This document shows positions 40,619 to 56,200 of a stretch of DNA of 64,000 nt, one piece after another. How positions within the stretch are numbered: the stretch's first letter is position 1; each line of letters begins with the position of its first letter. The notes beneath the pieces are model-generated. The model did not search any database, was not told the origin of the DNA, and saw nothing but the letters and a program-made list of their open reading frames with translations. A program made the position numbers and the translations under genes. The DNA comes from the human T2T-CHM13v2.0 reference genome, Homo sapiens: the NCBI RefSeq assembly GCF_009914755.1, contig NC_060936.1. One strand, 5' to 3'.

Positions 40619-42709
40619 GGCAGTAGCCTACAATGCTCACAGTACTAGAGTTGCTGGGGTCCCTGAGGAACAACAGTGAACAGAAGTTCCCACCAACCCA
40701 ATGGACATGCCGCAGAGGCAAGAAACACACTTGAGAGGTTGGGGGCTGTTTGCTGCTATGGTGTGAGTTAAACTCTCCAGGCAGATATAGGAATAGAATT
40801 CTTCCCCTCCAACCCTTTTAAGCAATACTCATGTGACATTTCCATCAAAGTAAAGCCAAGTCCCCATCAGTGAACACATCTCTTTCTACTTTCACCAACG
40901 TTACAGTGTATGCATTCACCTATAATAACTACGTGACCCATTCCTGCCTGCAACTGTCGGGCCCTGTTCTAGGCACTGGGGATCCAAATGTGCATGAAAC
41001 ACACAAAGCTTTGTTCTCCTCGTCGTGCAGCGTGCTACCTAGCACATAGATGCAACATGCTAAGTAGTGATAAGCACTGTAAACACAAAGCACCATGAAG
41101 GGGATGGAGGATGAAGGAGACAGAGTGGTCAGCAGAGGCTGCTCAGATGTGGCTGCCCTGGAGCCGCTCACATGGGCTCACAGGAAGATCTCCTCCTAAG
41201 TCGTGTCTGTTGAAGTCATCTGGTAACTTGAAAATAATCGTGGTGGAAATATTTACACTGTGGGAATGGGCAAACTGCACAGCAAAATGTTCTGGGCTTT
41301 TTCTTTACTTCCCCGGAAAGCTGGTTAACAGGACACCCCCGGATATTTGAATTCAGAGCAGAGGAGAATGAGGGAGTGAGCTGGGTGGCTCTTTGCAGTG
41401 AGGAGGAGCATGGTGGACAGAACAACTGCCAGTGTGGAGACATCACAGTGGGAACTGTGTACTCTGCAGGGAGGCTGGTGCGGGGGGACCGTTAGGCAAA
41501 GGGGCTGCGGACAGGTGAGGGGGAGGAGGGGGCTGCAGATCGTACCTTGTAGGCCACGGTAGGAACCTTGCTTTGTATCCTGAGCATGAGAAGACGTCTT
41601 TTTTACCTTTCTGTATCTTTTAATGTGTAACCAAAACCACAGGCCCAAAGCAAAAACTACAAACAGGAACGGAGAGTTTCATGACCATAGACATGGGCAT
41701 TTGCTTCCAAGAGCAATGGCCCTGCATGCTTTGAGAATCGCTGTGAGCTGTGCTTCTAGATCCTCAGCAGGTTGGCGCATGACCCTCAGAGCCCTAAACA
41801 CACTACCCGTGGGCAGCTGGCAGGTGGCCAGCTGCATGCCGGCATCCAAGCTGTGCGGGCTAAGTATCTCCTCCCGCGGGAAGCAGATGGCCCCTGCATG
41901 TGCACTTGCTCATACCCAGAACCAAAGCAATCACCCAGGAAAGAGAATCAAGCCAGACTATTCAGTCCTCCCAGCCAAGTGGCTGGTAAACCCGAGCCTC
42001 CCTGGGTCTGGAAAATGGAGAGATGAGGATGAAGCACGAGCTGGCAGGACAGGGAGGACGGCAGGGAGTCCTTAGCACAAACTGCCAGCAGCAGCGAGGA
42101 GGAGCCCCGCCGAGCGCCGAGAGGCATATGTGCGCACCACATGCCACAAACACAAGCTCCGAGTCCTAAACGAATCACACCAGGATGGAGATTGCAGGAT
42201 GGCGTGTTTCCATCGCGTGTCCAGGCGCAGTGCCTGGGAGCAAATATCTCCATGTAGAAAGAGACCGACAGTGTGGCAGGAGTCGCGGGGTGGAACAGGA
42301 ACTTCTGGACAGAGATGGGGACAAAGAGAAGCGAAGGGGATGGCCCAGACCTTCACAGAGGAGACAAAATGTCCCGGCTGCAGCCTGAGGTTTGCAAGGT
42401 CACCATGGGCTGCGTTGAAGGATTTCTCCTTTCTTGTCTGGTAGAATGACTCACCCCTTTCTCCACTAAGCGCTGTTACTCTGAGCATACACCAGAGGCT
42501 CAGGTTCAAATCCAGTCCCCTCTATTCACTGTGTGACCTTGTACATGTGCCTCAAGCTCTCTGCACCTGTCTTCTCATCTGTAAAACAGGGATGGTAACG
42601 GTGCCTGACTTACAGGGCAGCTATGGTGACAGATTTGATTAGAACCATATGTGGCTCACTGGGTGGAAAATGGTGCCTAATAAACGCTAGCTATAATTAT
42701 AACTGCCAC

Positions 42710-43073
42710 TGTATTCATCCCTTCTCACACTGCTTTAAAGATATTACCTGAGACTGGGTAATTTTTAAAGAAAGGAGGTTTAAGGGACTCACAGTTCCAC
42801 ATGGCTGGGGAGGCCTCAGGAAACTTACAGTCACAGCAGGTCAAGGGGAAGCAAAGCACATGTTACAAGGCAGCAGGAGAGAGCACAAGCATGCAGAGGA
42901 AACCGCCATGTTTGAAACCACCAGAGCTCATGAGAACTCCCTCACTATCGCGAGAACAGCATGGGGGAAACTGCCCCATAATCCAGTCGCCTCCCACCAG
43001 GTCCCTCCCTTGACTCGTGGGGATTACAATTCAAGATGAGATTTAGGCAGGGACACAAAGCTAAACTATATCA
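42710..43073 (-). mobile_element. THE1/MST MaLR solo LTR with 5-bp TSD
   Basis: tgtatt...cctgagactgggtaattt...ctcacagttccacatggctggggaggcctcaggaaactta...atatca; TSD gccac at 42705-42709 and 43074-43078. Confidence 0.93.
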
Positions 43074-44441
43074 GCCACGTTATTGCTATTATTATCATCA
43101 TTATATTGTTATTGTCAATATTATAATTAAAAATGCCTTTATGGTGCAATAAACGGGAAGCTGACATCCCTCCATCTCATTTGAAATTCAATCCCTCCCC
43201 ACCCGCCAACCCTCAGAGCTAATGTGAAACATCTCTTTAAACAATGGTAATTATGCGAAACAATAGCTATATAGTAACGTAACCTTTGTGGTATACAGGT
43301 AACTATATGCCGATTAGCTTGATAGTGGTAATCATTTCACAATGTCTACATCATCAAACACCCTGCCATACATCTTATATAGCTACGGTTTTTACTTGTC
43401 AATTATACCTCAACAAAGCTGGGGAAAAAAATATCTTCTCTGAAAGGCAGATGTGAACTGGATGGTTTCACATTAAGCCATTATCACCCAGTAGCACACT
43501 GTGGCAAATTATTCACAGGATTCAGAGATTCCAGGAAAGTAAAGGTAGTGCAGGCTTGGAAGCTGATGAGGAGGCATGGGTCAGGGCCTGAGCTGGGGCA
43601 GAAGCTCAGAGGATTCCATCCATCCACTTCTGAACCTTCCTGTTCTCTGCCTCTACTGGCCTCTGGTCTACCCAATGCCTTCTGCCCCGTTTCCAGAATC
43701 ATCTTTCTCAAGCATCATTCTGGATGGCTGCTGCTCTGCCCTAGAATCCAACATGGCTCCCAGCTGCCAGCAGTACAAAGTGCAAACCTGCCTGACATCC
43801 AAGACCTTCTGCAGCTTTGCCCCTGCCTCACCTGTCCAACCTCGCCTTGACCTGACTCTCCAGCTGCATCTTCAGCCATGCACAGACCTGTTCTCCTGGC
43901 CCCAGTCGTACATGCCTGTGTTCTGTTTCTCGATCATAGCAAACTTGCTCCAGCCTTGGGGCCTGTGCACTGTGGGCCCCTCTGCCTGAACAGGCTTCCC
44001 TTGGATCTTCACGTTAGCTCATTCCTTGACATTCAGCTCTCAGCGCAAATGCCCCCTTCTCAGAGACTTCCCCTCGCTACCCAACGACCGAGTCCCTCAC
44101 CCTGCCCCGTCTCCACACTTGGCTTGTGCCTTCCACTGCACGCTCCACTATCTGAAGTCGCAGGTCCTCATCTGGAGCCCTAGGGCTGAACATGTGCAGA
44201 GATTCAGAAAGGCTTGGATTTATAAGATGTGCACCAAACATAACTAATGCTCCCAGTGGTGTCTGACACCGTCTTTCATTATTAAATATATTCATAGTTC
44301 TGCGGTGAAATATGTAAATACAAATCAAGTGGGATTAAAAAAAGATGAGAAGTTGTCTCACATCCATTGGTTCAGATTTCAAGGACAAATCAGTTATTTC
44401 TCAGGATCTTTTGGTTTTCAGGGCCTTTTGAATATCAGAGT

Positions 44442-45042
44442 TGTGAGGAAGGGGTGGGGCATCGTAGCCTGTTGCTTCAGTTGTTTGTTCTTGGTCTGGT
44501 GCAGAAAAGAGCTCACACGGCACGTCTGAGCCCCGCTTTTGAGGAAGGGCTGATTGCAAGCCCGGCTGGTTGTGCGATCTTGGATCAGGAGGGCTTATCC
44601 CATTCCCTGGCTAATAAGAGGGTTCACAGTGGCTGGCCTTTTCTAGAAACAATGTGGTTTGGACTAGGTGTCTGCTTTCCTTATGAGAGCCTGGAATTTT
44701 GGTACATGCTGGGCAGAGGGTGCCGACGTGACCAGTCCTCAGTAAAAACCCTGGGCCCTGACTCTCTGATGAGCTTCCCTGGTAGATGACGTTTCACACC
44801 TATTGTCACAACTCGTTAGGCACGTCCTGTGTGACCCCACTGGGAGCGGCTCTTGGGAGCGTGTGTCTGGTTGCCTCTGGACCTGGCCCCATGCTCTTCT
44901 TCCCTTTGCTGGTTTTGCTGGTTTGCTTGAATACTTTTGCCAGAGTAAAACCCTCATAGCTGTGAGTATGACTGTGGGCTGAGTCCTGTGAGTCCTGAGA
45001 GAATCAGCAAACCTGGAGGTGGTCTTAGGGACCCCCAGCACA
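44442..45042 (+). mobile_element. ERV LTR, MER77/MER21-group-like
   Basis: gggtgccgacgtgaccagtcctcagtaaaaaccctggg...gagcttccctggtag...tgtgtgaccccactgggag...ctgagtcctgtgagtcct...gtggtcttagggacccccagcaca. Confidence 0.75.
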
Positions 45043-45287
45043 CTCCCCCATTGAGCACAAGCTCATTGAGTAAAAGCACCTTATCTGTCCTGTGTACTAA
45101 GGCCTCACACTCGTGCCCGGTCAATAAATACTAGATGAGTGGACCCAGCAATGGTCGTGTTCACCATCAGACCAGAAGCGATGGTGAAGGGTCCAACAGT
45201 TCCCTGGCCACAATATAGGAACCAGAGCTCGAGGGAGGCAAGGGAGGCAAAACCATCACTTAATAAAGACCAGATCAGTATGGCTCA

Positions 45288-45967
<680 letters not shown>

Positions 45968-46043
45968 TCGGCTTTATTTGAAAATTTGATATTTTGTTCA
46001 TCAGGGACTGCACATTAATTTTGATATTTTAAATACTGCATTA

Positions 46044-46380
46044 AGACCAGGTGCAGTGGCTCATGCCTGTAATCTCAACACTTTGAGAGGCTGGGGCAGG
46101 CAGATCACTTGGGGTCAGAAGTTTGAGACCAGCCTGGCCAACATGGTGAAACCCCATCTCTACTAAAAATACAAAAATTAGCTGGGCGTGGTGGTGGGCA
46201 CCTGTAATCCCAGCTACTTGGGAGGCTGAGGCAGGAGAATCGCTTGAACCCTGGGGGCGGAGGTTGCAGTGAGCCGAGAAACAGCCCGGGAGACAGAGTG
46301 AGACCCAGCAATGGTGTGTGTGTGTGTGTGTGTGTGTGTTTGTTTGTGTGTGTGTGTGTATGTATATATAGATATATATT
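46044..46380 (+). mobile_element. AluS with a right-arm deletion and a (TG)n(TA)n tail
   Basis: gagccgagaaacagcccggg lacks the ccactgcactc segment; microsatellite at ~46313-46378. Confidence 0.9.
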
Positions 46381-46739
46381 AAAATATCTCCTATCTTGGC
46401 TCCAGCTTTTTTCAGTGCCACCCACACACTGTGCACTGAGGCAGGGGCCTCGTGGCCGCACCCTCATCCTGCCCTTCACCTGCTCATATTCATGGGCCAG
46501 GCACTGGGGGTGATGGTTTCCAAGACAGGCAGGTCCTGGACAGAGCAGTGTGTTTGTCACATACAAAAGAGACTAGCTCAAGGGTGGCAGCCTCTGGGTC
46601 ATCAACTGAAATGCCCCGTGGTCCCAGGTCACACAGGGGTGTGCCGGGAGTCAGGTTCAAACACAACAGGGTGGGGGGCGTGGATCTGGTGAGCTGAAGC
46701 CCACACAGGGGCCCCATCTGCTCCAGCAATGGTTTCCAA

Positions 46740-47722
46740 CCTTACTCTCAGATCACTGCTGTCTTAAGAGTTGATTTTACATAAACTCCAAAAGTTCCAT
46801 CTCCATCCCAGCTCCCTCCTCCAAGGTCCATGCTCACCCCCACTGCCCACCCAGCCTGTCCCAGTGGAGGTCTCAGAGGCATCATAAGAGCATCCAGAAT
46901 GAAGCCGAGCTCCTGGCCTTCCTGCCAGTCTCCCCACCCCACAGCCCTCCCGTGCCAGTAGGTGGCAATTCCAGGCTCTCGCGGCTCAGGCCTCAGACCT
47001 GTCGCCTTCCTTCCTCTGTTCTCTTTGTCCTGTGGACTCTGACTTCAGGACATACCCGGAACGTAAGTACTTTCTCCACAGCTACTGCTATAAGCCTGGC
47101 CTGAGTCATCACCATTCCTCGCCGGGTTATGAGAATGGCCTCTCAATGGGTTTCTCCTGGTCTGTTCTTACTCCCCATTAGTAAGCTGTCAACATGGTGG
47201 CCAGAAGTCACAACACCAAAAAATAAGCCACACACTATTATTTTGCATATCACCTTTTAATGACTTCCCATCTCAGAGTTAAACCAAAGGCCCGAAAGGC
47301 TCTGCATGACCTGGCCTCTCCTCCCTCCCTGGCTCAGTCACTCTCACTTCACCACCACCACCACCACCGACCTCAGGACCTTTGCACCTGCTGCTGCCTC
47401 TGCCTGGCACTCTCTTCCGTGAATACCCACGTGGCTCACTTCCTCACCCACGTAAGGTCTTTCAGAGAAGCTTTCCCTAAACATCCAACTAAAATTACAA
47501 ACCCCTCCACCTCCCTCCCTCCTCCTCTGCTGTCTCCATAGCACTCCCTACCTTTGAATACAGCAGATGCCTTTACTCATTTATTTTGCTGGCTTTTCTG
47601 CTCCCACTAGAAGGCACAGGGGCAGGGATTTTTTTTAATCTGTTTTGTTCACTATTGTATTTTCTGTGCCTGGTACATAGTGGACCCTCAATAAACTAGT
47701 ATTGCACACCTGAATGAATGAA
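46740..47722 (+). mobile_element. L2 relic with 3' end
   Basis: ctcagaggcatcat...cctcaggacctttgcacctgctg...gggcagggatttt...ctgtgcctggtacatagtggaccctcaataaa...tgaatgaatgaa. Confidence 0.8.
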
Positions 47723-48028
47723 TCTTGTTTCCTTCATTTCAAAGGTGAAGAAGTGGGAGCTCAGAGAAGTCAGACTGTTTGCCTAAGAACACACAGCCCA
47801 GAGGTGGCAGAGGCAGATAGTGTGTGATTCCAGCCCATGCTCTTCCTGCCACGCCCGCCCACCTGCAGTCAGGAAGCATGCATCCCCCAAGAGGGATGAC
47901 GCGTGGCACCATGAGCGGCTCTGGTGAGCACAAGCATTTGCCAGCTGCTGGCCAGCTTAGAGATGGTTGTGGGTTTCTTAAGCCATAACATCTTATTTGT
48001 TACCACACTGCCTTCGCTTGATCTAGAC

Positions 48029-48185
48029 CAGTGGTTCTCAAAGCGCCACCAGCATCACCCAGGGCCCTGAAAGAAATTCACATTCTCTGCCCAAACCCAG
48101 GACCTGCTGAATCAGAAACTGGAGGAGGGGCCCAGCCCTCTGTCTTTCAAGCCTTCTATGTGGTTCTGGTGTAATCTGGGCTCTG
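48029..48185. mobile_element. MER5A (hAT-Charlie)
   Basis: cagtggttctcaaag...cagcatcacc...gacctgctgaatcagaaact; flanked by atctagac and acctagac. Confidence 0.75.
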
Positions 48186-48584
48186 ACCTAGACTCCAAGT
48201 CTCCCGAGAGCAGGGCATTTGTCTAGTTCATTCATTCCAACGCCCTTAACACTATCATGCCACAAAGCTGTGTGGAGAATGTGTTTGATGAATGAATAAC
48301 TGAATGCCACCTCCACTGTGACTGACTGTAAAAGCATGATGTCAACAGGTATTTGTTAACGTCCTCTTCTATACTTGAGAATGTTCAAGGGGCAGATATA
48401 AAAGTCATTAGGAGTGACTACTTTTTGTTCAAGAATTTACAATACAGCTGGGGGATTAAATAACCAACATGTTAAATATCAAATGCCACCATCAATGAGA
48501 GGTGCACAGTTCTGCAATGATTCAGTGCACCGACTCCATCCCCAGGCTAGCTGGGCAAGCAAAGGCAAGGCCCAACACTCTATG

Positions 48585-48756
48585 TTGTGTGGCCTTTGGG
48601 ATGTGGCATAGTGCCTCCGCGCCCCCAGCTTCATCTGTGAAGGAGGGATTTTAGCACCTTCCTTGTGGGATTGTCAGGAAGATTAAATAAGCTAATGAAA
48701 GAAAACTGCCTGAAAAGGCCCCTGGCACCTAATAAACACTTTGTAGGTGCTAGTTA
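48585..48756 (+). mobile_element. MIR, 3' end running into the CAC/CAT array
   Basis: tgtgtggccttt...cttcatctgtgaa...gattaaataagctaatg...cctggcacctaataaacact...gctagttat. Confidence 0.75.
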
Positions 48757-50209
48757 TCATCATCACCATGACCATCACCACCATCACCTCATCACCATTA
48801 CATCATCATCATCACCTTCATCACTACTATTACATCATCACTATCACGACCATTACATCACCATCACCATCACCTCATCACCATCATCACCATTACCACC
48901 ATTACATCATCACTATCACAACCATTACATCATCATCACCACGACCATCACCACCATCACCTCATCACCGTTTCATAATCATCATTACCTTCATCACTAA
49001 CATTACATCATCACTATCACAACCATTATCGCATCACCATCACCAACACATCATCACTATCACGACTATTACATCACCATCACCTCATCACCACCACCGC
49101 CATCACCTCATCACCACGACCCCCATCACCTCATCACCACCACCCCCATCACCTCATCACCACCACCCCCATCACCTCATCACCACCACCGCCATCACCT
49201 CATCACCACCACCCCCATCACCTCATCACCATTACCACCATTACACCATCATCACCATGACCATCACCACCATCACCTCATCACCATGACATCATCACCT
49301 TCATCACTACCATTATATCATCACTATCACAACCATCATCGCATCACCATCACCACCAACACATCATCATCACTGTCACCACCATTACATCACCATCACC
49401 ACCATTACATCACCATCACCCCCATCACCATTACATCATCATCACCATGACCATCACCACCATCACCTCACCACCATCACCTCATCACCATTACATCACC
49501 ACTATCATTACATATGATGAAACCACATATGTAACGGTGGTTACATCATCACCACAATCACATCACCACCATCATCTCACCACCTTATCACCACCATCAC
49601 CTCACCACCACCATCACCTCACCACCACCATCACCATCACCTCACCACCATCACCACCATCACCTCATCGCCATCACCACCATCACATCACCACCATCAC
49701 CTCATCACCACCATCACCTCATCACCACCATCACCTCACCACCACCATCACCTCACCACCATCACCACCATCACCTCATCGCCATCACCACCATCACATC
49801 ACCACCATCACCTCATCACCACCATCACCTCATCACCACCACCACCATCACCTCATCGCCATCACCACCATCACATCACCACCATCACCTCATCACCACC
49901 ATCACCTCATCACCACCATCACCACCATCACATCACCACCATCACCTCATCACCACCATTACATCACCACCATTACATCACCACTATCATGACCATTACA
50001 TCATCATCACTGCCATCACCTCATCACCATCACCTCATCACAACCATTACATCATCACTATCACAACCATTACATCATCACTATCACAACCATTACATCA
50101 TCACTATCACAACCATTACATCATCACTATCACAACCATTACATCATCATCACTACCATCACCATTACATCATCATCACCTTCATCACTACCATCACTAT
50201 CACCATCAT
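48757..50209. repeat. ~1.45-kb (CAC/CAT)n-derived compound low-complexity array
   Basis: Plus strand almost lacks G; sub-arrays of 21 bp (~49100-49235) and 23 bp (caaccattacatcatcactatca at 50041, 50064, 50087, 50110, 50133). Confidence 0.97.
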
Positions 50210-50303
50210 CTTTTACTCTTTTCTTTGTAACTACTTTTTATTTTGTATTAAAATTTCATTCTTTGTAACTATTATATTTTTATTTATTAAAGTTGTTCCA
50301 TTC

Positions 50304-50590
50304 TTTTTTTTTGAGACAGAGTCTTGCTATGTCACCCAGGCTGGAATGCAGTGTCATGATCATAGCTCACTGCAGCCTCAATCTCTTGGGCTCAAGCAAT
50401 GCTCCTACCTCCTGCGTAGCTAGAATGACAGATGTACACCACCATGCCCAGAAATTTTTTTTTAAATTGTCTTTGTAGAGATGAGGTCTCACTCTGTTGC
50501 CCAGGCTGATCTCGAACTCCTGGGCTCAAGTGATCCTCTTGACTTGGCCTCTGAAAGTGAGAGGTTAACAGGCGTGAGCCACTGAATCTG
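50304..50590 (-). mobile_element. AluJ
   Basis: atcatagctcactgcagcctc...gggctcaagcaat...ctcctgggctcaagtgatcct. Confidence 0.9.
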
Positions 50591-50867
50591 ATGACCACTC
50601 CAGCCCCATCATTGCTACCATTATAAGCCGTGGGTGTAACCATGTCCCCCACTGAGTGAGAAGGGGAGGGTCTTCTGGTTTGTTACTTTCTGCTCATGAG
50701 GCGGGGCGATGGGGAGATGCCTTTTGGACGTTTGGGGAGTGAAAAGGGGATCAAATACATTCGTCAAAAATTCGGTAGGAAATTCACAGCCCACACACAT
50801 TTTGTTTGGTCTACTCAGTATTAGCACACATGAAAATGGAAAATGTTGAATTAAATGGCCACTTTTA

Positions 50868-51034
50868 GGGCAGGTTGTGGTCATATGTGCCTGTAGTCCC
50901 AGCTACTCGGGAGGCTGAGGTGGGAGAACTGCTTGAGCCCAGTTGGGGAGGTCCTGGCTGCAATGGGACATGTTTGTGCCACTGCACTCCAGCCTGGGTG
51001 ACGGTGAGACCCTGTCTCAAAAAAAAAAAAAAAA
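50868..51034 (+). mobile_element. Alu right monomer (FRAM/AluJ-like)
   Basis: cctgtagtcccagctactcgggaggctgaggtgggag...gagaccctgtctc plus poly-A. Confidence 0.85.
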
Positions 51035-51576
51035 GAGGCCAGTTTTTAAAACCAGAAGATTCTACATGAGAATCTGGTTTTCTAACATCTTTTGAAAAAT
51101 CCAAAGATCTAGCAGCACTGAGCCCAGGAAATTCAGTGGGCACTGAATCCAGGCTGCCCCTGCAGGGAAGTAGGTGACGTGGTCACAGTCCCCACCACTC
51201 CCCGCTGCCCTGGACTCTGCAGGGTTCTCTCACGTCTTGCCTGATTCCCACATTTCACTTCTTGGTCTGGCCCCCACAGGCCTTTTGAGTCTGCCAGCCC
51301 TGAGACTACTAAAAACAAAGCGTCCCTGAGAAAAGAGAGGAGGAAATGGGCCAAAGTACCCATGTGGGAGCAGCTCATTGTTTTCCTATGACTGATTTCT
51401 CTAATATTGCTGAAATGTATTTTAGTAGCTTAAAAGTATTTCAAAAGTAGTTATGAAAGTGACCACAGGCACTTTCTGTGATTAACCAGGAAATATTCAC
51501 TAATCTGTCTCTGATGAGATAAATGTATTTCATAGCTTTGTCTTCCCTCAGGAGAATTTATAAATTAAGATGAAGA

Positions 51577-51873
<297 letters not shown>

Positions 51874-51889
51874 AAGAAGAGATGGGGGA

Positions 51890-53248
<1,359 letters not shown>

Positions 53249-56200
53249 AAGAAGAGATGGGGGAGCGGTGTCCTCCAACTTCCCCTCCTGCCTGGATGCT
53301 GGTGCTGCCCCCTACACACTGTTCTGCACCTGCCAGCACATATGATGTCCCTGTCCTTCCTCTGTCCCTCCACACAGTCCTGCCAGCACCCCTCATCCAG
53401 CAAGCCGGGGTCCTCGCCTCCCTCAGCATCTCAATCCCGTTCCTGTCCATTCCTGCTCCTGAGCCTTGGAACCTGCTGTTCCCCCATCCCATCTGAATCA
53501 TCTCCTTTCCCTTCTGGCCCAACAATCCAACTCCTCTCCAATCTTCAAAACCCAGCCCAAGTCCTGCCTCCTCCAGGAAGCCCTTCATTCCCCTCTCTCC
53601 AGCCTCCAGCCCCTTCTCATGCTCTGAGCTTCATTTATGAGTATTCCCCAACCCACTGACAAGCAGGTTCCATCCATTCTTGGTGCCATATCCACATCCG
53701 GTCTGTTTAGCTCATTTTGTAATATTTGTATTTAAATCAATTCACTTTAACATTTTCTCAAGGAGACTCACCTTCAAGGAGACTTGAGTTCACTACACTG
53801 AAATGGAGAACCAGCATCATTCACTACAAACAGCAGCCATTAAAATAAACACGAGAAAAGCCAACTGCAATCGGATCTTGGCTAAATGTGCCACCTTGTC
53901 CCGGTCACTGCGAGTCACCCAAGACCTATTCTTTCTGCACGAGCTGAAGGGAGACACGCTGTTGGAGAGGTAGTGGACGTGTATCAGCACCCACCAGAGA
54001 GGTCCTCATTGTCAGAACCAGAAAGATTTCAGGAGACAAGAAAGCGAGTCCAATGCCATATGGTTCAATGGTTCGGAAAGCATTTGAGGACATCTCCGCA
54101 GAGCATATTCACTTTGTCACCTACTGTATGTTGTATTATCCTGTCATCTGTTGAACACATGAATATCGGTTCATTCCCAGATGAAACAGGAAGCTCAGTA
54201 GCTTCCCTAAGTGTCTGCCAAGATGACCACATAATAGAGCTCACAGAAGTTATCTGATGTAGACTGTGCTTAAACTGGTGTCCTGAACATGATTCAAATT
54301 CTTCTTTGGTAGCTGCAAGCCCCACGGGGGATTTGCAAAGATGGAATCAGGAATTCCTTATGAAATTAATCTCCTCCAGACTTTGGTACATTAAACACTC
54401 GGGACGTCAGCCTTCTGTCCTAAGCCCTTTCTGTCCTAAGAGAAGTCGGAGACTGTGTCGATAAGACTTGCTAACCAGTAATTGAAAAATCAATATTCAG
54501 ATCTCCAGTGACTCTACCCTCATATCCCAGCTATAGTCAGTAACAACAATGAAATGTAATAATCCTTTTCAGGAAGACCCTGGCAGGGCTGTCAACCCAA
54601 TTAATTCCAGCAAAGTAACGTGGGCTCTTTCATCAAAAGATTCTTACATACAAACACACACACCTTCACAAGTGCACATGTGCGCACACATACAACACAC
54701 GCTTTGTTCTGTTTTGTTTTGCTTTCTGCTAAAATGAATAGAAAGACTCTTTAAAAAAGAAAAAAGAAAAAGAAAATAGCTCTTGGTGAAAAGCACTCAT
54801 TGATGTACTCAATGAATCACTTTCTTCTCTGCAAACAAAGCTCCTTATTTCTCCCAGGAGGCTGCTTTGAAATCTTTGCTGGAGGATAGGGTCAGCCCCA
54901 GGACGAGATGAAGGCTATGGCTTCCAGTCCTGCCACACAGGCAGCTAACTCCTGAAACTCCACCAAATGACTGACGGATGGAGTGCCAGCCATGCCCAGT
55001 TTGTTCTCACCACAGAAAAATACTAAATAGGTGAGGTGATGGATGTGTTATCTTGATTTAATCCTTCCGCAATGTATAAATAGATCGAAACATCACAGTG
55101 TACCCTTATAGACATTATTATCTTTAAAATTAAAAATTAAGTATTTTTAATTTTTTAAAAATTGACCCAGTTTGAATAGCTCCTCCTGAACCCACCCTGA
55201 TTCCCAGTGAAAATTAGAGCCTACCTTGAAGCCAGGCTTTGCAAACTTATCTTCACACTGAAATTACCAGGGGATTTTTTTAAACTCCCAAAGCCCCAGC
55301 CACATCCCAGAGCAGCTAACCCACAGTCCTCAGGGTGAGGCGCTGGCACGGCCCCCTCGGGCTCCCCAGGTGCAGATGTGGTTAGAAACTGCTGTTCTTG
55401 AGTGAGTTTCTGGGAGGGATTGGAGTCTTCGACTCTCAGATACAAATCTACTAAGAATTCATTACATCTTTATAGGAAACACGTGAAAGCATTCTTCCTG
55501 CAGACGCTTCTACACCAGGAAGGCAATCCCCACACCCACGGGGAAAGGCAAGTTTAGAGTCAAATAACACAATGCCAAGCGGTCTCCCCAATGAGGGCTC
55601 TCAGCACAGCACTGGACATGAAGGAAGCAGAAATCCACATGGAGGAATGTCATCCCCACACCCTAGGCTGAAGCTCAAGGCCACCTGCCAACTGACAACA
55701 CACGTAATTGCTCCTAATCAACCTCATCTCCCCAGAGACCAGGAGATAGACTCCCCAGGGCCACAGCACAAAGAGGCCAGCGGTCCCCAAATAACAAGCT
55801 CAAGCTTGCATCCCCACTGTCCCTCAGCTCCGCCCATCAGAGTCCCCGCCAGAATAAGCAATTCCAGCAACATTCCATGAAGTCTTCAATCCACCCAAGG
55901 GCTCCCCGCAGCCCTCTCTCATCAGTGGACAGCACACACTTTTCAGCTGGTAAAAAAGTTGAGGATCTTGCACTAAAGAAGGATGACAGATGAGGTTAGA
56001 AAAATAAGAGGGTTTACATCTGCACTAGGTGGCAGGTGGAGCTCCCTGCATTTCTTCTGAACACAAAACTTGTTTCTTTTGGAGCCCTCCGCTTGCCAGG
56101 AGCAACCAGACCTCCCCGCTTCTGAGGCACCTCTCATTTGCTGATAGTTTTGAAGGAATGCGGTTTTTAAAAACTGCCAGGAAAGCCCAGGATGGCAAGG

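Noticed and set aside
40309-40679. Proline-rich extensin-like ORFs
   Set aside because: Open in all three frames because of a C-rich 50-bp repeat whose period is not a multiple of 3.
48665-50423. His/Thr/Ser/Pro-rich ORFs resembling mucin or histidine-rich proteins
   Set aside because: A CAC/CAT array with almost no G rarely contains stops; it is flanked by MIR and Alu with no exon signals.
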